From Phoronis australis (Eukaryota > Animalia > Phoronida): a DNA stretch of 64,000 nt. Under the pieces are notes generated by a model. That model saw only the letters and a list, made by a program, of their open reading frames with translations. It was not told the origin of the DNA and did not search any database. The DNA lies in the NCBI GenBank assembly GCA_002633005.1, contig NMRA01000639.1, positions 139,609 through 203,608 of the forward strand. Direction: 5' to 3'. Shown here piece by piece: positions 1-22,194 of this stretch (its first letter is position 1; each line of letters opens with the position of its first letter). The translations under genes were made by a program, and so were the position numbers.

Positions 1-295
1 TTCCCCTCCCCAGCAATGCTGACCTTCCAGTTACAAAACGAAAGCTTTCATGCTCAGTTTGACTGGCTCGCTTGTGCACTTTTAGTTCTTTGAGCAGTTT
101 GGTTTGGATTTTAGGGCATGTTTCATTTTCAAACAAGTTCCACAGCTCATTTGAGCAAGCTGTTGAAGGTCCATGCGAAGACAAGAACGCATTTGGAGAT
201 ACAAGTAACCTCACTTTCCCGCCACTGTAAAAAGGAGTGACGTTATTCCAGAAAATGTGACAGATTGTACCAACTTTTCTCCCCACGGCGGCCAT
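1..295 (-). CDS. 5' coding region of an unidentified gene, running off the left edge (98 or more codons, MAAVGRKVGTICHIFWNNVTPFYSGGKVRLL...)
   Basis: ATG at 295-293 in the context caaatatcATGGCCGCC. The frame is open with no stop down to base 1, probably why it is absent from the ORF track. It lies head-to-head with the PHD gene. Product not recognised. Confidence 0.55.
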   Translation of the reverse strand, partial: MAAVGRKVGTICHIFWNNVTPFYSGGKVRLLVSPNAFLSSHGPSTACSNELWNLFENETCPKIQTKLLKELKVHKRASQTEHESFRFVTGRSALLGRG

Positions 296-630
296 GATAT
301 TTGTTTTGATGAAAAGAGACCTCTGTTGAATAAAAAATGAACCAAGTTGTGTCAGTGATCTACTTATTTTTATCATTCTCCGATCGTTTTCAATGTTATT
401 TTCTAAGAATTTCACATAAGAAGAGAAACTTCGATGGCACGAAAGAATTAAATAGAGGAAAAGAGAAGACAAATATTGAAAACCCAGTTATAAAAATACT
501 CTGCCACCAGAGGGCATTGTATTCATTCACCAATTAGACTTGAGACTTCTATGTTTCAGTGTTGGCTGTTTTCTCGTTTTCTGACTCACAGAACGTCGAA
601 TCTCTCAACTGTTCCGTCTACTTATAGGTT
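296..630. promoter_or_regulatory. Putative bidirectional promoter between the left-edge gene and the PHD gene
   Basis: Lies between two divergent genes. Contains a CTCF-like motif CCACCAGAGGGCA (504-516) and a plausible + strand 5'UTR donor AG|GTTAG at 627/628. The TSS positions are inferred. Confidence 0.35.
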
Positions 631-799
631 AGCTCTATTTCACGTTTTGGAGTCGCCAAATGTTTGAGTATTTATACAGAATGTTGTTATGAAACTGTAT
701 GTTACACGTCTGTGACCGCAGGCTGCAGCAGACTATGACCAACGTCTAGTTGGCCAGGCAGTAGTACAGACGGTGAGGCTCTGGCTATAGAGCTTCAAA

Positions 800-1375
800 C
801 GCCGGAAGCTTTTCGGCGAATTATGCCACACACTGGTTAAATCATCAAAGTCACGTTATTATAAGTACCTTTTGCTCATAGAGGGACACCTTAGGAATCT
901 CTCCATATCTTTAATTCCTTCCAACTCAAACAAATACTCCCATCCCATGATCAGACTTTTTCTTCGAGCAGTTCTTCGTTCAGTTGCCCAAATCGGCAAC
1001 TGGCCATTTTTACCCTGTGCGTATGAACCTCGGCTATAGGAGCGTCATCATCTTTACCATCACTTGAGATGGCGGCACTGTCTACAGGCTTGCCAACCAG
1101 CTAGCTGTATGAAGACCATATCGTCAATTTATATTTAGTATACAATTTTGAACCAAGGCTAATTATAGACTCGTTAGCCACTCGTCTAGACAGTTTCACC
1201 ATCTTAACTGGCCCCAGTAGAGATGGTGGTCATCCCACAGGCCCTCCATATGCTGGTAGCTTTTCGGTGAATTATGCCTCACACTGACTAATCCACCAAA
1301 GTCATGTTGCTTTAAGTAGCTTTTGCACATAGAGGAACACCTTAGAAGTTAGAAGGCCGTTTATGTCTTTAATTA
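800..1375 (+). mobile_element. Two fragments (about 800-1022 and 1251-1375) of a non-autonomous DNA-transposon-like interspersed repeat
   Basis: gccggaagcttttcggcgaattatg...agagggacaccttagga...cttcgttcagttgcccaaatc recurs at about 1251 and at 42171-42480. Confidence 0.65.
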
Positions 1376-2060
1376 GTCAGTTGCAAAAGCACTAATAATA
1401 ATGTCAATGGTTGCAATGGTCAACTTTGCTGCCACTTTATGGGTTTTTCCATGAGCATATTTTGTAACCAGGCTTTTTGCTTCAAATAATACGCTTGGGT
1501 AGACGCCATTGTAATGCAATCAGTCTTTGCAGTGTTTACATGACAGTGTGCTTTGACAAACATGTATGTTTTGGTATAAAAACAATTCCAATGATGTAGA
1601 AACCGCAAATAATTGCAGACAAAAATTACCCCAATGTGGAGATGCTAATTGCGTTTTTTCACTGCTCTTCAAACCCATGTAGCATTATGAAATTGGATTT
1701 AAATAGCTACTTATTCAAATTAGAGGTAACTTCAGGTCTTTGAAGGAACTGCCAGTTGTGTACTATTAAGACCATGTGCTCTGCAAGTTGATTTGCGTAC
1801 GACGTGTTATTTTGTTCACTGAGCACGGTCTTAAGGAACAACAAAATGCCAGTCCTTTGCAAACCCATAATTCTTTTCTCATCTGAGTAAGAAGCAAGTT
1901 GAGATCAATTTTAAGGCAGTAAATAGTCTTTTTCAAAATGATGAAACTACAGCTGTTCTGTTCATCCATAGGGCAAGAGCACAACGAGTTGCATTCACCA
2001 GTAACTGCAGAAACACTGCAAAGCATGAAAGTCGAACAGTTACTGTAAGACTGCCGCAGG

Positions 2061-11119
<9,059 letters not shown>

Positions 11120-14100
11120 GGTTGTTATGGTTCATTGTATGCAAACATGTCATGTTATGCTATTGCTTTTATTCACTTCTTGCTCTGTGTCTTGATATGT
11201 GTCAGTTGTTTTCAATTATTCTATTGACCTCTTCCGCAACATTTTAAAGATTTATTAACTTTTATTGCTCATTTAACTTACTGTAATCATTCAGATATGT
11301 GAGTGACAGGTTTTAATTAGGACGTAATTATGTCAAGCCAAAATCTCAAACTTCAGATTCAAATAAATCAAGTTAACCTCTCAGTGAATCTTCCAGTGAA
11401 CTTAGTTCCGTCTTTGCTGTTCACTGCCTGTATTAAAAAAAGAAAACAAAGGGTTCCACCCAAAACATGAACCAGAACAGTGGTTTTCAAAGATGGTAGT
11501 GCTTAGGACTTCAAATTCCAAAATTCCAGAGTTCTAGATTAGAAATACTCTCAACTGACAAGTATGATTTGAATTTTCACTTTATTTGTGCGGTTGTGTT
11601 ACAAGAACGATGTTCTACTGAATGATGGCAGACAACTGCCTAAATTTTCCTGTCAGCCAGTCATGGTGACATAGCTTGCTCTAGTCTTAATATGTAGTCT
11701 TTATGTACACACGGGTCGTGCTTGTAAAAACACCCCTTACACTTTTCAGTCTTGGCAAGACGGTAAGATTCTTGTTTTTGTATGTTGCTGTAATTTTGAC
11801 TGAAATGTCGAGGGAAATTAACAATTGTGACACTGATGTTATACAAGTATAAAGTTATGGTTGATTTTGTATTTTTAAAGCGTTTTAACAATCATTGGAC
11901 ATGGAAGTAATCAAATGTCCAAATCCATATTTCTATTTTGAAACGTTTACTATAATTTTTTTAAGTGTACTCCCAATGTTTAACACTCAAAAATAGGAAT
12001 TGGGAAGCTGTGTATGTGAAGGACAAATCTTGCAATGACTAACAGGAATGGGTTCCATAAATAGATGCTGCTATTGAGTGGTCTCGTGGCATCATTCCTA
12101 GACAACCAACTTAAGGAGAGGTTCTGAGTCAAATACGTGTTTGTTGATCCAATTGTCTCAGTCAGTAATTCACTGTTGGGTGATGCTGACTATACTGTGG
12201 TAAATATTGTGTTGTCAGTCATAGAACTGACCTGATTTTTGTATGGAATGATATCAGCGGATTGCCCTGTTTTAGAATACAGAGATCATGATTTTGTGAA
12301 TGATAGGTATAATGCACTTCAACCCTATTGTATGTTTGTGAACACCTATAGTATAAAACTCGTGTCTGCTTAGAACTGTGTGAAATAGCAGTTTTTGCAT
12401 TACCATCTTTCTCCCTCAATTGCTCAAATGTGAAAATCATGAGAAACTGGCCAACAGCTTAAATTGCATGACAGCCCTCAGTGGCATTAAACATAGCTAT
12501 CCATCCACACAGTGAGTGGTGCTGGCTTATGTGTTCACATGCAATGCGTTTTATTCTTGAGATTTGAGATATTTTTGTTTAGTTCACAAGGTGTTAGCCT
12601 GCTAATGTGGTGCTTGTATTTATTTGATTGTTATTTTTATCACAAGGCACCGAGCTGTTTGCGTTGTTTGAATTTTGCTTTTTATTCATTTTGATGTTAA
12701 ATTTCTTAAAGGAGCATTTTCGTCATAGTCACCACTTAAAACCCAGGTTAGGGCAAAAAGCAGACTTGGTTCTGGTGTGCACCCGCACCAGTTTTAAATC
12801 CATGTATGGCTACCAGTATCAGTTGAATTTTTTTACAGAAAAGTCATTGGCACAGCACTTAAGCTGAGATCAGGTGAATGTATGCAAAGAAAAATGAATT
12901 GGCTCATCACTTTTAACAGATGTCAGATGAGCATTGCACCATTACATCAGCCATAAACTAGAACCAAAAAAGATGCTTTTTAGCCTTGCGTAACCAAACA
13001 AAATATGTCTCGGACATTTTCGTTTCGTGAGGAAAGAGGATTTCCATCCCAAATAAATCATCTTGGGCATTGGCAAATTGACGAAATTGTCCAATATTTC
13101 GTAGTTCATCTTCAAAATTAATTGATATTGCTGGTGATCGTCGGACTGTTTTTTGGTGGTAGAAACCAATCGCCATGTCAATGAACATTTTTAGGCGTGT
13201 TCATCTGTCATAGCTGAACAGCCCAATTCATGATTGTTATGTTTAGGCTGAGAGTAAAGACGAAATGTCTGTTATTATATTACCAAATGTTAATAGGTTA
13301 TGTGGAAATTGCCACAAGACAAGGATGTTCTGTGATTGGTGTTGAGCCAAGTGTAGTATGAGTGAGCTTTAATTGTGATGCAGGCAGCATATTTTATTTG
13401 TGATTGAAAATGTTCTTTGGTCGTTAGATTATGTTTGGTGGGTGTACTATGTTGGTAGTATTTATCCTGTAGTCTTGTTATACATCTTTTAGGTTATTAG
13501 TTTTGTTTTGTTTTGTCTCAATGACAAGTTAGTTAAACCACCATTGGTATATACATTTGAAAAATCAACTATTTTTTCAGCAAATCAATTATTTCTGAAT
13601 ATATTGATATATATTTATTTATGTATGTAAGGTGTCCCAAAATGTAAACATAACTACCCTGTAATATGAATGCCTGGAAATGGTTCCATTGGGAAATAAT
13701 GATGTCTTTTGTATTCCAAGGGAATCCCAAAATTTCTTTTGCAAAGCATAAAGATTAGGAAAAAATATATATAAATTTACTCAACTGTAGAGAAATAATG
13801 AATAGATGTTTTCAGATCCTGCTGGTTTGACAATGCTACAACCTTGGGTGCTTAACAGAATGTGCTTTTCTCTGTCAACTACAGCTTTAAGGGATCAAAT
13901 TTCCAATGTTGAAATCACTGTCTGAAACAGTTTTCTACTTCTGTTGAAATATCCTAGACATCTGCTCTTGTACTGTTGAATGTTTGCATTTGCTAGCAAA
14001 GATCGTGTTCTCAGCAATTAGGGGCAACTTGCTCTAACTTCTGTAGTCTCATGAAAGTGACTTATAAGTGACTTATAATTATGAGGGCATCACAGTCGAA

Positions 14101-17100
14101 AAATAATTGAAAGAAATTATCTCTTAAAAGTTAACTAGCAGTTATGTGTGATTTCTTGGAGTCTTGGGACTTTTGCTTAAGTGGGATTTACTGGTAATTA
14201 TTTTTCACAGATAATTGTGTGGAACGTAAGATTTAATTTCTAAATTAAGCATTGAGTAACTTATTTTAAAACAGACCTTTTGTAAAGTAAACTTTGAGAT
14301 TCCTGGGATATGAAAGACGCCATTAGCTCCAAGTAAAATAATTTCTGGAGATTTGCATTATAGAATATCTTTGTTTACATTTGTGGGACATTCTGTATAT
14401 TTTATGAAAATTAAAAATAGATAAAATAGTAGCCTAATGATAGCACTCTGTACAATTCTAGTGTTATCTTCGTATTCTATTTGCATACGGTGCTGAAGGA
14501 GGCTTGCTTGTATTCTAGGAATACCCTAGTATCTATCGGATTTTACATGCTGGGGATGCTTGCAAAAATACTGTTTTGGTGTTTCAGTTGTATTTAGGCA
14601 GATTTAGGGGTCCACACCTTATGGACACTACCAAAAGACATTTTACGTTGGTTTGGCTCCAGGCATCGTAAATCTGCCATTTTTAATTGCTGTTTGATCT
14701 GCACAAAATTGTTTGTATTTTAAGTAAAAATATACCGCTTGAATTTAAAACGTTTCCCTTTACTGAATGCTTCAGACGCGATCTGTTTTGCAGTCAGCCG
14801 TCTGTTGTAGGGCTTTGTTTTTCAGTTGTGGACTGAAGTCTAATTCCAGTAGCAAAATCAGTAAACATTCTATCCAGATTTGTTGGGGAGTGTCAGAACA
14901 AAACCGACGAATAAGCGATATTTTTGCGTTTTAACCACCTCTGGCTTTTGTCAAAATGAACTAGATTTGACATAGGGACGCTGAATTGTAGATTTTTGAT
15001 TATTTTTTGTCATCTGTATCTTTATTAACGTTTTTGTGAGGAAATGAAATTCTTTAAAACATTGCAAATTTGCGTCTAACACTGATCAGTACAAACACCA
15101 GGATAATGCATTAAGAAAAAATCCCACTGTCAGTAAGCTGTACATAAACAGATCATTAAAGTTAATCATTTTAAGGTATTTGAGGTAGACCTTAATCTTT
15201 GGTCATGGTGGCTTTTCCTCTGTATAATGGAACGTTAAGTGCACAGATTTTCGTGAAAATTGACCAAACGTAGCAGGTAGTGAATACAAAACTTCAAAAA
15301 CGTGTTCATCTAAGTTCATTTCTCGGTGGTGACAATACGTTTGAGTTGCAATATTTCCCAGTCATGTGTTCATCATTTTTATGAAATGACATAATTTGAA
15401 ATCTACTGAAACAAATGAAGTTTGTGCCAGGATTTTTATTTAATAGTTAACGATTAATTTGTTATTTATGATAAAGTGAAATTTTGACTAAATACTGTGT
15501 ATTTGCCAAATATCATAATCAATGAAAAACGTCAAGCTACAGTGATTGTTGAACTTGTGGATGTTTGTTGATGGCTGAACTTGACCATAGGAAGATTTTG
15601 AGAACAATGACAGGATTTTTGGGGAAATGGGTTTGGGAAAATGCCTTTTTGGAAAATCAAAAATGTTTTTATAAAAAGTGAATAACCGAAAAACATTTTT
15701 TGCTTTTGCTCAAGTTTTGAGTAGTATGAAAATATTTTACAGAATGAATAACATGGAAAAATGATCAATCTTTATACCTCAACTAACACACGTGGATATC
15801 ACGTGACTTCTTATTACAATACTGAGCATCTTAACCAGAGACACGTCGTCTTTATTAATTTTAACCTTGAACCTGTTTCGTGACCTGTAGTTTGCGCGTG
15901 ACGCGTCACGCTGATCAATAGGCTACTGTTGACATCTCGCCAAGTACCACAAGTTTCCATGGTAGTTTCATAGACCCAACCAATGAGCTATATTTATCCC
16001 ATTGTACTCAACAATCTCGCCAAGGACGCTACTGAATAATCACGAGCTGCGATTGTAATAAATGACGATATGTTGCGAACTCTTGCGTGCCGCTCTTGCG
16101 TTTACGCGAGATTCTCGCCTTTACTACAGAACGCGCGTCAGTTCACCGGCTTGTCATGCCAGTACAGGTAGCAGATCTTAGATTACACATGTGTGCGTGT
16201 CGTAGCCTCTGTAGGTCAAAGCTGCCATTAACCCGGCCACAAACCCGTCTCAGGTCGCCAAAGAAACTATAATTGTTCCTGACTCGGATGAGGAATGATT
16301 GAAGAACTGATAATTTGCCCAAGAGTCCTGCTCAACGCATAAAACAACCCTCTGTGGCAACTTATGAACTCTGGTTTGCAGCAATAACAAAATTTCTGTT
16401 CTGCCCAAACTCCTGAGTCATCATTAATCTAATTAAGGAACAATTTAAAAAAAAGACTTGGGGCCCGTTTTATGACTGTCGTAAGTCTGATCTGTTCTAA
16501 CGAAGACGGTCTGAGACACCTTATTGCAAATGCGGGGCCGCTTTTTGTAACTAAGAGCAACACGTTTCAGTTGACATTAAAAGGATGATTCGTTGGCCTC
16601 CCGCTTGACCGTCAGTGACTGACAAAGACAGGATTTAACTAAAAGCTTACAGTTTCTTAGTCACAGATAGGATATCACGGTTTTTGGTGAGTGGTGTTTC
16701 CCTTCAGTTGTGTAACTCGCCAAAGACGTAAGTCACGCTTGCCCGCTTAGAAGACTTAGTAAGGACATTTTTAAAATTTGTTCGAAACATCTGAGGGTTG
16801 TCGATAGTTACAGAGCATTATTTTATTTCAAAGAACTAGATGGGAACGTCGTTTTTAATATCTGTTAATAGACCAAAGCCGGGTTTGATATCATTTTAAG
16901 TAGATAATTTTTATGAGAGTTACGGCAGTCTCCACAAGTCACGTTGATGATCCGTGTGCAGTTTAAAATCGAAGTTACGATCAGTTTAGCGACCCGGCGA
17001 GTATACGACATTTGAAAACCGGCCTCAATGTTAAGTCGGGGATAATTTTAAGAATGCGACCGGCGTCATTAGCGGAAAAATAATTTCATTGACGCACTGT

Positions 17101-17666
17101 GATGGTTGCTTAACTTGATCCACAGGCTCATGTTGCATGATTCTCTCCTTCTTTATTACTAAAATTGCCAATTTTCAGCGCATCATTTGTCGTGCCAATT
17201 ATCACTGAGATTTCGCACTCACTGACAGGTTTTCTTGTCAACGAGTAAAAGCCGCGGACGACGGCGAAAAGAACGTCAGTTTTTGTGATCTATTTTTAAA
17301 TCAAAATACGTCACATGTCATACCTAGTCAGCTCGCTAAATGTCGCAAATGCGCAAAGTTACTGAGAGACTGGGACGCGCATACTAAAACCCCCACAGCA
17401 AAAAAATGAGTGAAAACTAAACTGATGTCAATGACAACTTTCCTTTTAAAAATAGAACGTTTTCGGTCATGAGACTGCACTAAATAGACAAAGTTTTAAA
17501 TGCTTAATTTTGGAAAAAGTGACTGAAAAGTTCCCTGCTCTAGACTCTGTTGCTGGCAAATCTTCCAAATGACAAAATCTGTAGAAGTACGCTCATTGAT
17601 CAGAAATTTGTTTAAAATTACTTCTAAAGAGTTGAACAAGAAGTTGGAACACATTGCTGGTGTATA

Positions 17667-17750
17667 TCATGAAGACCTTGATCACGGTCACCTCATCAAT
17701 GCGATCTCATGAAGACCTTGATCACGGTCTACCTCATCAATGCGATCTCA
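17667..17750 (+). repeat. 40-bp tandem duplication
   Basis: tcatgaagaccttgatcacggtc(t)acctcatcaatgcgatc x2. Confidence 0.9.
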
Positions 17751-19038
17751 AGCTCCTTGCTATAAGTGACAACTGCAATATTTTCTTTGGATCGCACAGC
17801 TAAATAATCATTAGACCAACTTACACATCATTCTTACAAAAATGTTAAAATTTCACTCCGAGTGTTTTCGTGTATAATGGTGACCAACTGTGTACGAGAA
17901 CGTTCATTTGCATGGCTGAAATTTGCGAAAACCAATTGAACTTTGTAGGATAATGTTGCCGACAGCGTAACTGGCCCTTCCTCGTGAGTATGGCAAATGA
18001 CATTCTCAACTCTGTTGATTTTGCGTCGCCAGTGCACAGCTCCTCTGAAAAGAATGTGTTTTATGATCACAGTATTTAAAAATGCTGTATAACAACTTAA
18101 GTTAACAGGCGCGCGTTCCGTATACATAAGAAACCATCAAAAAGGCAACATTACGCGACAACTCGCAAAATCCGCTAGTGAAAAGCGAGTCCGCGAGTTT
18201 GCCTACTTCACTTCGCTGCAAACTCGTCCGGAAGTAAAATCCAATCTACTGCGGGACTCCAATGTAGGGAACTTTCCAGAGATGTGGTCAAGAAAGTGAT
18301 TGGTTGAGGACGTTGGAATGATAAATTATGGGGTAGAAACCATTTTTCCGTTACATAAGCCAAGATTTCTCGTTGCAAGTGTCTTGGGTGTGTGGAGATA
18401 TTACAGTTCTTGTTTCGTTCATACTCTACCAAACTGAATGGTATTTCTTTGCTCAGTGAACTTGTGTGCTGAAAGGCACGCATCACGGTGTAGAACCATT
18501 TTCGATCCACTGTTGTAACGGCCTGCCTACCGATAAGTACACGTGTATGTTGTATTTGTACCTATTGGCATTTTATTAACGTTTCTATTGCAATCAGTAG
18601 TTCTGCTGGTGGGGGTGGGGGCCCCCAGTGACGCTGATAAGACGGTCCTCATTGGCTGCTGAGGGGTCTATATTTTCTAAGGAGTGTCTGCGGAAATCTA
18701 CGGTAAGCGCTACAGGATGCATTACCTTTGAACCACGTGGAGTTATTTTTACCAATAAGGTTACATTCTTGTATTGGTGTACGTTTTGGAGGATCAATAC
18801 ATATGCGGAAGTTTGAGAGCATAAACAAATAACACTATATAATGGCGCCTTTCAATTTTGCGTAGGCCTATACACGAGGAACTGCTTATAGACTATTCAA
18901 AACATACAGAGTACATGTAAAAGAAATAAAACCGATTGGCAATTTTGCTATGAACTGAAAATAAGACCCATTAAATAGCATTTTGCTAGAATGTTTTGGG
19001 AGTAAAAATTACTGTAGATATTTATTTCCAAATCGAAA

Positions 19039-19354
19039 TAGCCTGGGTAGAGTTCAGTAACACTAGGACGTCGCTAAAAGCAAGACTTCGCGAGATTACG
19101 TGAGATATTGAGATTGCCGTGTAATTCAAATGAGATCACGTGATTTTGGCTAGATTTTAGCGAAGTTGTAGCGGATTTAGAGGGGGCCAAGGGGGCCATG
19201 CCCCTCCTAAAATTCTCCCAGATTCCATAAGGCAATTAAGGGGCGCGAATGTCTGACGGGCAAAATCCTGGCTAATATTCCGCCCCCGTCCCCCTAACTC
19301 AAAAACCTGGATCCGCCCCTGAAGTTCTAGCGTTACTGAACTCTACCCTGGGCT
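19039..19354. mobile_element. MITE with terminal inverted repeats, carrying a second MITE (19168-19321) inserted into its right TIR
   Basis: Left end gggtagagttcagtaacactaggacgtcgctaaaa matches the reverse complement of ttttagcgaagtt|ctagcgttactgaactctaccc. The interrupting piece gtagcggatttag...ctggatccgcccct has its own inverted ends and is flanked by gaagtt on both sides. Confidence 0.75.
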
Positions 19355-19478
19355 TGATTCCGTCATGCTTTAGTTAGACCTTATGCGATGATGTAACCAC
19401 GAACTTTCTTTCCTGGGAGGGGGAGGGGGGGGGGTGCCGGCTCGGCTGCTGTGACCGAGAGGCCCTGATGGATATTCC

Positions 19479-19581
19479 GACCTCCCAGTCTCTTTTTTTA
19501 ATGTTTATTACGAAATCTTCAGAATACAATGAATATACATAACCCAGAAAGCGCCAAGAGGCATTAGACCTCCCAGTCTCT
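19479..19581 (-). mobile_element. 73-bp 5'-truncated non-LTR retro-insertion with 15-bp target-site duplication
   Basis: gacctcccagtctct at 19479-19493 and 19567-19581. On the minus strand the insert ends AATAAAcatt followed by an A-run. Confidence 0.8.
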
Positions 19582-20289
19582 CGTATCTACCCGGCAAAGG
19601 TGCCGCAACGAGGTCTCCATGCAGTTACCAAATTGGGTTTGCTGTGACAGGACGACAGAGGGACAACATGGTTTTGTTGTCTAGGGTACCCTTTGACCCC
19701 GATTGCTCAGGTACGTACTGACTGATCTAGATCCTGTATCCGCATCCGCGCGAGTACGATTGCGTTGGTCTGGATCTTATCGAATAGGCGAGACCCTGTA
19801 TCCTTATTTGGACATCCTGGGATAAAAGCGAATAACAAGTTACAGGTGACAGTTTACTCATCAAAAACAATTTCGCAGTGTCACACCTCCGGGCATGTAA
19901 ACTTAAAAGAAATGAAAAACGCCGGCAGCACACCCTTTAAGTGTCTTCTGCGACCCTTTGAAAGTTGTGATTGCTCTTCTCACCCCCTCGCTACACTCTA
20001 AATCTCACCAGACCCCCCCCCCCCTTCGCTACAATCTAAATCCGGCCCTCCAGAGTTCCTCGTCACAAAAACTACAGATAAAACACAATGGGGGCCAGTT
20101 ATGCTGCGACAGTGACTGTAGCACTGAAAAATATCTCCACTGACTATGTCCAAATAACCGAGTTCTTTGGTCAAAGATATTCTCAATGTAGACCCTGCAT
20201 GCCAAAACAAAAATTAAACAGGATATCATAGGATTCAAATCCAATCACAACTGAGACTAAAGTATTGGATTAATCTAACTACAGTAAAA

Positions 20290-21281
20290 TGCGGCACGTG
20301 TTTTGAGCCGGAGGTGGTGAACTATTTTAGAAACTGTTATCTATAGACTCCTATTTGATATCCATCCTTAAACTCCTACGTCACCGCTTTCATTATCAGT
20401 ACATCGCCAAACCTCTTTGTGTTCGTTCTTAGCCGTACACCTGCATGTTGGCTTACACCCGCCTGCCCCGCCCCGAGTCAGCCCCCTCTACTTTATTATG
20501 TAATATTTGTTCAAAAATTGCTCTACTGGCATAGGATGCGGTTGAAAATTATCGATTCAATTTTAATTTCAAAACAATAAATGATTTTTCTTGTAGAAAG
20601 TCGGACACGTCACTGCTCAAGAAATCACGGATCTTGATGGCAAGAGCCTGGGGTTTCACGATGGTTTATTCTTTATTTCTTTGTTTACATGTCAGTTTGT
20701 GCTATTATGTAAACTAACCAAAGATGGGCAACACAAAAGTCACGCACGCGAACACCAGTTGCCTGTTTCAATAGCGCATAAAAGAAACATTGTCTTGGGA
20801 GACCGCACGACATCACTTCCATCACCTGTCGTCTGGATCGAACCTCACTCAGAACCCTCCAATCACAATGCGAATTAAGATTACCGTCACAATTTGGATT
20901 ATTTTTTCATATTCTTTCGCTTCAAATGATAAACAGAAGTTCAATCATAAAAATCACGATATGTTTTCCATGAGCTAATGACGAATCAAACTGATATGCA
21001 TTATCCTGCGACACGGGAAATGGAAATTCAAGGAAATTCCCTTTCGCTGACGGGGATGATCGCTTGGTGGAACAGCGTAAATGTATTGTAAGGCAAATAT
21101 TAACGCGTGCACGGTAAACAGATAATCTTATACTTCGGCAGCTGGTTTGCTGTAACACTTGTTAGACCGTCGTATGTTTCACTGTCTCGAAGACTTCTAA
21201 AGGAACTACAGCAGAAATTGGTTAAACTTTACTACTCTACGACGTGGTAATCAGATCATAGATAGTGACTTTGCGTCGATG
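20290..21281 (+). promoter_or_regulatory. Putative promoter and non-coding first exon of the SERTAD4-like gene
   Basis: GC boxes (ccgcctgccccgcccc, about 20459-20474), CACGTG at about 20295, CCAAT at about 20859, and a consensus donor ATG|GTAAGT at 21281/21282 upstream of the coding exon. Confidence 0.45.
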
Positions 21282-22194
21282 GTAAGTGTTATTTTTGCCA
21301 CAATTTACTTGCTTTTGACACTTGAATAATTTGGCTACGCTCGTTTCCTTTGTTTGCAGAGGGGTGGAACTGAGCGATGTATTGATTGCTCAACGTATCA
21401 TTCGCTTGTTATAGATTAATAAAAATTAATGAACTCGTTGGCTTAATAGTGGCAAATCGGTAGCTGATTTAGACATTTGGACGTAGTTACGATTAGCTGG
21501 AGTACGTTTAACGCACAATTACGTGCTAATTAACCTCATGGTTCGTTTTATTAGATGCCATGAAACCTCGTTGAATCAAGGTTTGTATAGCTAATCAGAG
21601 ATTTCAAAAGCATTTATCTTGGTTGATTTTGAAAGCCGATGTTGATTCAACTTCGACAAAATAGCACTGCGATTTGTCTCGTCCCTCCTTTTGTCTTAGA
21701 CATTAGGAAGCCACTTCCAAGTAATTGAGAGTTTTCTGTACCGATTAAGTAGATGAGATCATGGATTTTAAGTACACGACAAGTTTAGGGAGGAAACTTG
21801 TTGGTTATATCTCACGCCAAATGCTCGGCCTGAGCGAGATAATGCAGTGGTTCATGTAACTAGACTGTGTGCTGCTGAATAGCACGATTGGAATTTGATT
21901 GTTCCCCTGTCCGACCAGTTACTGTTACCTCGCCGAGGTTTGTTTACATAACACTGTGTGTTAATCTAGTCTGATATGTGTTGGCTGGATTTCGTGGTTT
22001 ACAAATTAGTTTCTTCAACATGCGAAGTGCAGCGGGGATTTCACTACAACATTCACTCTTTGTTCGTGCTGTTCGGTATTTACTAATGTACTATTTTCCT
22101 GGTTTTTGTTTATCAGTATCAACAGAAATGTATGGTCGGCGATGTGATGTTTTGCAATCTGTACTTTCAGTGACGTGGTCTAAAAGAGTGTAAT

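Noticed and set aside
12942-13188. Overlapping minus-strand ORFs as a PIF/Harbinger transposase relic
   Set aside because: Only a vague resemblance, with no DDE motif visible.
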